Assembly: GCF_964355755.1 (NCBI RefSeq)
Contig: NC_092679.1
Location: 5,858,201 to 5,922,200, forward strand
Direction: 5' to 3'
Length of the DNA stretch: 64,000 bases
DNA from: Antedon mediterranea
Lineage: Eukaryota > Animalia > Echinodermata
Shown here: positions 60,601 through 64,000 of the stretch, piece after piece
Numbering within the stretch: the stretch's first letter is position 1
Layout: each line of letters begins with the position of its first letter
Translations under genes and position numbers: made by a program
The notes under the pieces: generated by a model
Told to the model about the DNA's origin: nothing
The model's database searches: none
What the model saw: the letters and a program-made list of their open reading frames with translations, nothing else

Positions 60601-62516
60601 AAGCGGATACTCATGCATCAAGCAAGTAGACCAGGTAGTAGGAAGGAGACCTAGCCGATCCGGCCCAGTTAAAAATTGAGCTAGCTAGTGTAGTAGACCC
60701 TATGCGAATTGATACTACCAGGCCTTTTACTATAGGCTGCACTACACAAATATTCCAACTCTCTCATTCGAGCTATATTATCTATACCATTCCGGTAGGT
60801 CGAGTCGACCTTCAATCAAATACTGTACATCGTTCATGTTGTGATTATAGACGGGGTATACTCGACCCGACCAGTTTGGTATTGTTGTATTTGCTTATCA
60901 CGTGACGATGCCAGGCATGGGCAGCAGAGAGAGCACGTGTATCGTCGTCTCGCTCGATCCTCAGCAGGAATGTACAGTATACGTTACGCTTCATTGATTT
61001 TGATTTTTCCCTAATTCGGTGCGAAAATCGGCAAACGTAAAGTGCAAACATATCTAATTTTTCACTGTTTTGATGAATTTTCATAAAAAATTGACTTTAT
61101 AAATGGGAAGACCGACTAAAATTACATCAGATAAGTATAATTTTACAAAATTAATTGATATGGTTTATGATAACGAGTCGTCGGAAGATGGACCATTTCA
61201 CGAATTTCCTATTTTGTAACCACAGTGTGATTTTGCCGTAGCTGCACTTGTAATCTGGCCTGATTTCACAGCCTTCGTTCTGCTTCACTGGGCGCTTATA
61301 TAAATTGAAACTTTTACCGTTCAAGAGACAAACAAATATATTTTACATTTTTTACTATTCATTTTAAACCCGGAACCCCCCTTTAAGGCTCCGAGTCCTC
61401 GTCCTCCTAGTTGAGAGCATCGCAGAAGTCAACTCTCCTAATACTGGACACTCTTTAGCTAGCCTAATGTCTGGTTTTCCTGAAATTCTGGTATTCCAAA
61501 TGTTTTTTATGGTAAACAAGAATGGGACCTTTTGGGCCTAAAAAAAAGTCTTGTTTCAGAAGAGTGTTCCTGTTATCAGAGACTGTGTGGATTGGGAGAG
61601 CCAACTGTATGGACATTCAAATTTTACATACATGTACACTATACAATGGCTATTTCGGTAAGGGACTAGTTTACCTGAATCCCTTCCTATCAATATCACC
61701 TTTAAATATTGACCTTGTTTCTTGACACTAGAGACAACTACCTATAACAGGTTTACATATCATCAATTATTCTAACCTCATATGTAATTTACAATGTAAT
61801 AAAACCTGATACAATTCAACTGTTAAATGTGTTAACTTGAATATAATTGTTAGTTCACTTAACCTTCAGAAAGCATTTCCTTTAAATTTGGGACTTTTGT
61901 CTTTAAGATATGACAAGGACACACTTTAAGAAAAGGGTGTTTTTAATAACCAGTTTATTTTTATCAAAAAGTATATAACTTGTTGGTTTGACTTTTGTCA
62001 AGTTTTTTTGTGAGATATGTATGACAATTTTAAGGACACACTTTTAGAAAAGGGTATTTTTAATTTTTTTAGTTTTTCCAAAAAGTATATAACTTGAAAC
62101 TAAATGTTTATTATTTATGCTATATAAAGATAATGGTGTCCCCCTGAAAAACAATTTGTAAAAACATTTTTTGTTGAATATGCAATTTTAATAGTAGTAC
62201 TTATTTATTTTGAGCAAAAATTTATTTGATTTTGAATTTGTTATTTTGTTATTTTTGTTTTGGCAAAAGTGAATAACTTTATCAAAACTACAAAAATTGA
62301 TTTAATTCATGTTTTGGGGGATAATACATCTTGAATGTCGCAGTGTTTCAGTTCTTTTTAAAACGTTCAGTGTTTGTTTATTTACTCACCATATGGCAAC
62401 TCCTTTTCTGACCCAAATACGCCCTCCACGAATTGACAGGTGCTGTTATCGCCACCACAAACGTGGCACATGTCCTCCACCTGATTAGAACCTAGCATGC
62501 GGTCGCAGCCGACTTT
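27665..62516 (-). CDS. PAPLN: Papilin-like extracellular matrix protein, 5'-incomplete (ADAMTS Cys-rich/spacer, TSP1 repeats, papilin Cys-rich repeats, 5 Kunitz, 6 thyroglobulin-1, 3 Ig, PLAC)
   Basis: Exons in transcript order: 62516-62390 ([24 protein letters not shown]); spacer ~58850-58770, ~57766-57596 (YYLNGDY), ~51535-51408; TSP1 ~51042-50703, ~48597-48428, ~47287-47115, ~47020-46834, ~46436-46303; GCC repeats ~44154-44032, ~43303-43166; Kunitz ~42.5, 41.0, 40.5, 39.9, 39.4 kb; TY (QC..CWCVD) ~39.0, 38.6, 38.2, 37.7, 35.9, 33.0 kb; Thr-rich 30855-30460; Ig 30268-29984, 29602-29339, 28946-28767 + 28464-28375; PLAC 27810-27665 ([32 protein letters not shown]...K*). Confidence 0.92.
31039..32197. 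mobile_element. Non-autonomous Mutator/MULE-like (foldback-type) DNA element with repeat-rich long TIRs and 9-bp TSD
   Basis: Left arm of (AAGTCAACTCGGCCCC)n and mirrored right arm (GGGGCCGAGTTGACTT)n; ATTTATTAC at both 31030-31038 and 32198-32206. Confidence 0.85.
33135..34978. repeat. 17-bp minisatellite GGGGAC(A/G)CCAATATT(CA/AT), about 108 copies
   Basis: Read directly; 17-aa periodic ORFs appear in all three + frames. Confidence 0.98.
41429..42258. repeat. 25-bp near-perfect minisatellite ACAGAAGGATAGATACCCTAGGCTA, about 33 copies
   Basis: Read directly; only two variant units. Confidence 0.98.
43381..43538 (-). mobile_element. Penelope-like pseudo-LTR fragment with minimal hammerhead core (43499-43537)
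   Basis: Reverse complement reads TGTA-CTGATGA-A-GGGCTAGTGTTTCTC-GAAA-GC-TC-TGC; its downstream sequence is homologous to 51655-51775. Confidence 0.7.
45728..45990 (+). mobile_element. tRNA-derived SINE with A-rich tail
   Basis: TGGCTTGGTGG (A box), GGTTCAAGTCC (B box), AT-rich body, AAATAAA-rich tail. Confidence 0.7.
46035..46190 (-). mobile_element. tRNA-derived SINE head; related + strand fragment at ~47461-47535
   Basis: AGCTCGGTGGTCTAGAGGTA...GTGATCT.GAGGTCGT...TCCCACC.GAGAATTACTTG is shared by both loci. Confidence 0.6.
46521..46778. repeat. ~31-bp degenerate tandem repeat (CAGGGACCTAAAAAGTAATCTAAATTTTCC)
   Basis: About 7 units read directly. Confidence 0.85.
48788..49135 (+). mobile_element. 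HINE/DINE-1-like (Helentron-associated) non-autonomous element, copy A
   Basis: 5' subterminal TACTCGGGGTAC with adjacent partial inverse, 3' GTACACCGAGTA, a terminal GCACATTCGTGC hairpin and T-rich insertion ends. Confidence 0.7.
49155..49728. mobile_element. Kolobok-type non-autonomous DNA element (TTAA TSD)
   Basis: TTAA|AGATGTATTGTCCCTTT ... AAAGGGACAATACATCT|TTAA; related ends at ~10655-10800 and ~62140-62332. Confidence 0.8.
49784..49856 (+). tRNA. tRNA-Val(AAC)-like gene, probably a pseudogene
   Basis: GGCTTCTTGGCGTAGTGGTTATCACGTTTGCTTAACACGCAGAAGGTACCTGGTTCGAGCCCGGGCGAAACC followed by oligo-T; anticodon loop TT-AAC-AC; two acceptor-stem mismatches. Confidence 0.75.
50072..50149 (+). 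pseudogene. tRNA-Val(AAC) pseudogene
   Basis: Same tRNA with an intact acceptor stem (GGTTTCG/CGAAACC) but micro-duplications in the anticodon loop (AACAAC) and T arm (GTTGTTCGA). Confidence 0.75.
50212..50572 (+). mobile_element. HINE/DINE-1-like element, copy B
   Basis: Direct-repeat homolog of 48788-49135 with a perfect TACTCGGGGTAC / GTACCCCGAGTA pair and the GCACATTCGTGC hairpin. Confidence 0.7.
51612..51780 (+). mobile_element. Penelope-like pseudo-LTR fragment with minimal hammerhead core (51612-51651)
   Basis: TTGTA-CTGATGA-A-GGGTTGTGTTGCCC-GAAA-GA-TC-TGCAA: stem I TTGTA/TGCAA, stem II GGG/CCC. Confidence 0.7.
55009..55322 (+). mobile_element. Full-length tRNA-derived SINE with Deu-domain-like core, (AAAC)n tail and 7-bp TSD
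   Basis: TGGCCGAGCGG (A box), GGTTCGAGGC (B box), ATAAGGACTATAAACCGTAGGTCC...GCACTTTAAAGAACC core; AACCTGA on both sides. Confidence 0.85.
56976..57154. mobile_element. Palindromic Harbinger-type MITE with TAA TSD; degenerate relative at ~56436-56577
   Basis: TAA|AGCGAGGTTCCCACTAG ... CTAGTGGGAACCAAGCT|TAA, with internal mirrored ACGCAACGCAAG/CTTGCGTTGCGT. Confidence 0.85.
57300..57586. repeat. ~21-bp AT-rich degenerate tandem repeat (ATTGAATTAAATCTATTAAAG)
   Basis: About 13 units next to the donor of the papilin spacer exon. Confidence 0.85.
59541..61382. mobile_element. 1.84-kb Kolobok-type non-autonomous DNA element (TTAA TSD)
   Basis: TTAA|AGGGGGATTCTGGGTTTAAAAT ... ATTTTAAACCCGGAACCCCCCT|TTAA; no transposase ORF inside. 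Confidence 0.8.
60012..60278 (+). mobile_element. CR1-type LINE 3' fragment nested in the Kolobok-type element
   Basis: [11 protein letters not shown]...[34 protein letters not shown], followed by an (ACTAA)n tail. Confidence 0.85.
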
Positions 62517-64000
62517 CTAAAACGCAAACAACATAAAGAGAAAAATTAACGCCTGCAGTGTCATAGATGTCAAGTCAAATAAAAGAATAACAAAACACAA
62601 GGAATCACATCGTGATTAATATGCTGTATAATTTGTACATTATTATAAATAATAGAGTCAAGTAATTTGTTTTATTGGTTATTTATCTCATTTCTAATTG
62701 TTTCCATGGAGGTATAATAATTTCAATCTTCACATAATATTATCAAAAAGGTCAATTTAAATTATCATTAAAATAAAAGAATCCTCTTGGTCAAATAATG
62801 TTTGTATCCTGATGAACAATAGACACACTCTTACTCACTGTGTCTTTCCCATCTCTCTTTTTACACCCATCTGAAAATTCATTTAATTTCCCTCTAACTA
62901 GGGTAATTTAAAGACCGGTCTTTAGTTAGAGGTATTCTAATTAGAGATTACAGCTACTAAACACTACTAAAACCTGGGTCCCAAAGGTGGTCTTTAATTG
63001 GAGGGAGACCTATCCAATTTGTACATTGTTTTATATTAATGTTTTATAAATTATAACATTTATTTACGTCATAACATTTATTCAATTATTTACAAATATT
63101 TAAACTGGATACTGTAATTGCCTCAAGTGTATGATTTTTTTTCCATGTATATTTGATTGAATGTGTAGTTCATGAACAAAGGCACTATGACAACAATGAA
63201 ATTAGCTTAGAGTAAATAAAGTGTAACAAATTTAATAAGAACAATAAGTCTACATCCTTATGCATTGCATCAGGAAAACCGACAAATATCAGAAATTAAG
63301 TGAGGCACGAAACAATTACACTTTCAAGTTATAATTTATAAACTGTACTTTTTATTCCCCAAGCCAAAATCACATTTCAATTATTACAATCTATTGTTTC
63401 AAGGTTAGAAAGTTATTTTATTATTGGTAAGTAATATGTCAGTTACATATGTACATTTTAACATTGGAACCTTGTCAAAATAAGAAACATACGACAGTAT
63501 GATTTCCTATTTGTAATGAAAAATTTGCCTGCATTCTCAAAACAATATAAAAAGTAACAAACAATCAAGATGATGTAATCAGTTTTGTTTAGAAACAAAT
63601 AAAGCATAAATTATTGTTACGCCAAAATTAAACTATTTCCGGGAAAAATTGTTGTCGGCTGCAAAATGCAAAAACAATTCTGAAAAGTTGGTACTGTACT
63701 ATAATTGGCATGGGAAATTGTGCTGAGTGACTCTTCTTGGTAATTTCTTTTTAGGGCATTTCAACCCTCTAATGTTCTTATAGAAGTACCTAAGAAGCCT
63801 ACATGTTTAGGATGGGAGAGGTATGAATAGCTAAAGCTCTGTCTATACTATCAAACTAGTGATGACAACATCATGTCCATATATGGGCACATCACATAAA
63901 GTTTGATAGTGTAGACAGAGCTTAAGATGGTCTAAAATAGGATATTTCCCACATGGGCATGACGAAAAATGAAAAGATGTTAACCTCACCTATCATCAAA

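Noticed and set aside
46303-62516. A separate ADAMTS protease gene
   Set aside because: No metalloprotease exon is visible and the exons run in phase into Kunitz/Ig/PLAC exons, matching the papilin cassette; the 5' end lies outside the window.

Overview
AT-rich, intron-containing animal genomic DNA, probably a marine invertebrate (Deu-domain-like SINE, papilin, LDLa adhesion GPCR); the species cannot be determined from the sequence. I assembled three multi-exon genes by hand from GT-AG junctions. (1) A + strand adhesion GPCR (5562-18975): signal peptide, six LDLa repeats, Thr-rich stalk, compact GAIN/GPS, 7TM. It is preceded by the 3' end of a tandem paralog (1067-~2200) that keeps its GAIN/GPS exons but has lost the Stachel core and all 7TM exons. 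(2) A + strand gene (21289-25104) for an N-terminally acylatable (MGCGSS) ARM-TIR-SAM protein that retains the SxxCxxE glutamate of TIR NADases. Its start codon is the last unit of an 80-bp tandem repeat that creates three MGCSSSRAFLHNK* uORFs. (3) A 5'-incomplete - strand papilin (27665-62516) with TSP1, Kunitz x5, an unusual block of six thyroglobulin type-1 repeats, Ig x3 and PLAC. Introns and intergenic DNA hold LINE 3' fragments, SINEs, Harbinger/Kolobok/MULE-type non-autonomous elements, HINE-like repeats, Penelope-like fragments with minimal hammerhead ribozyme cores, two degenerate tRNA-Val copies and many minisatellites. All exon boundaries are manual predictions without transcript support.
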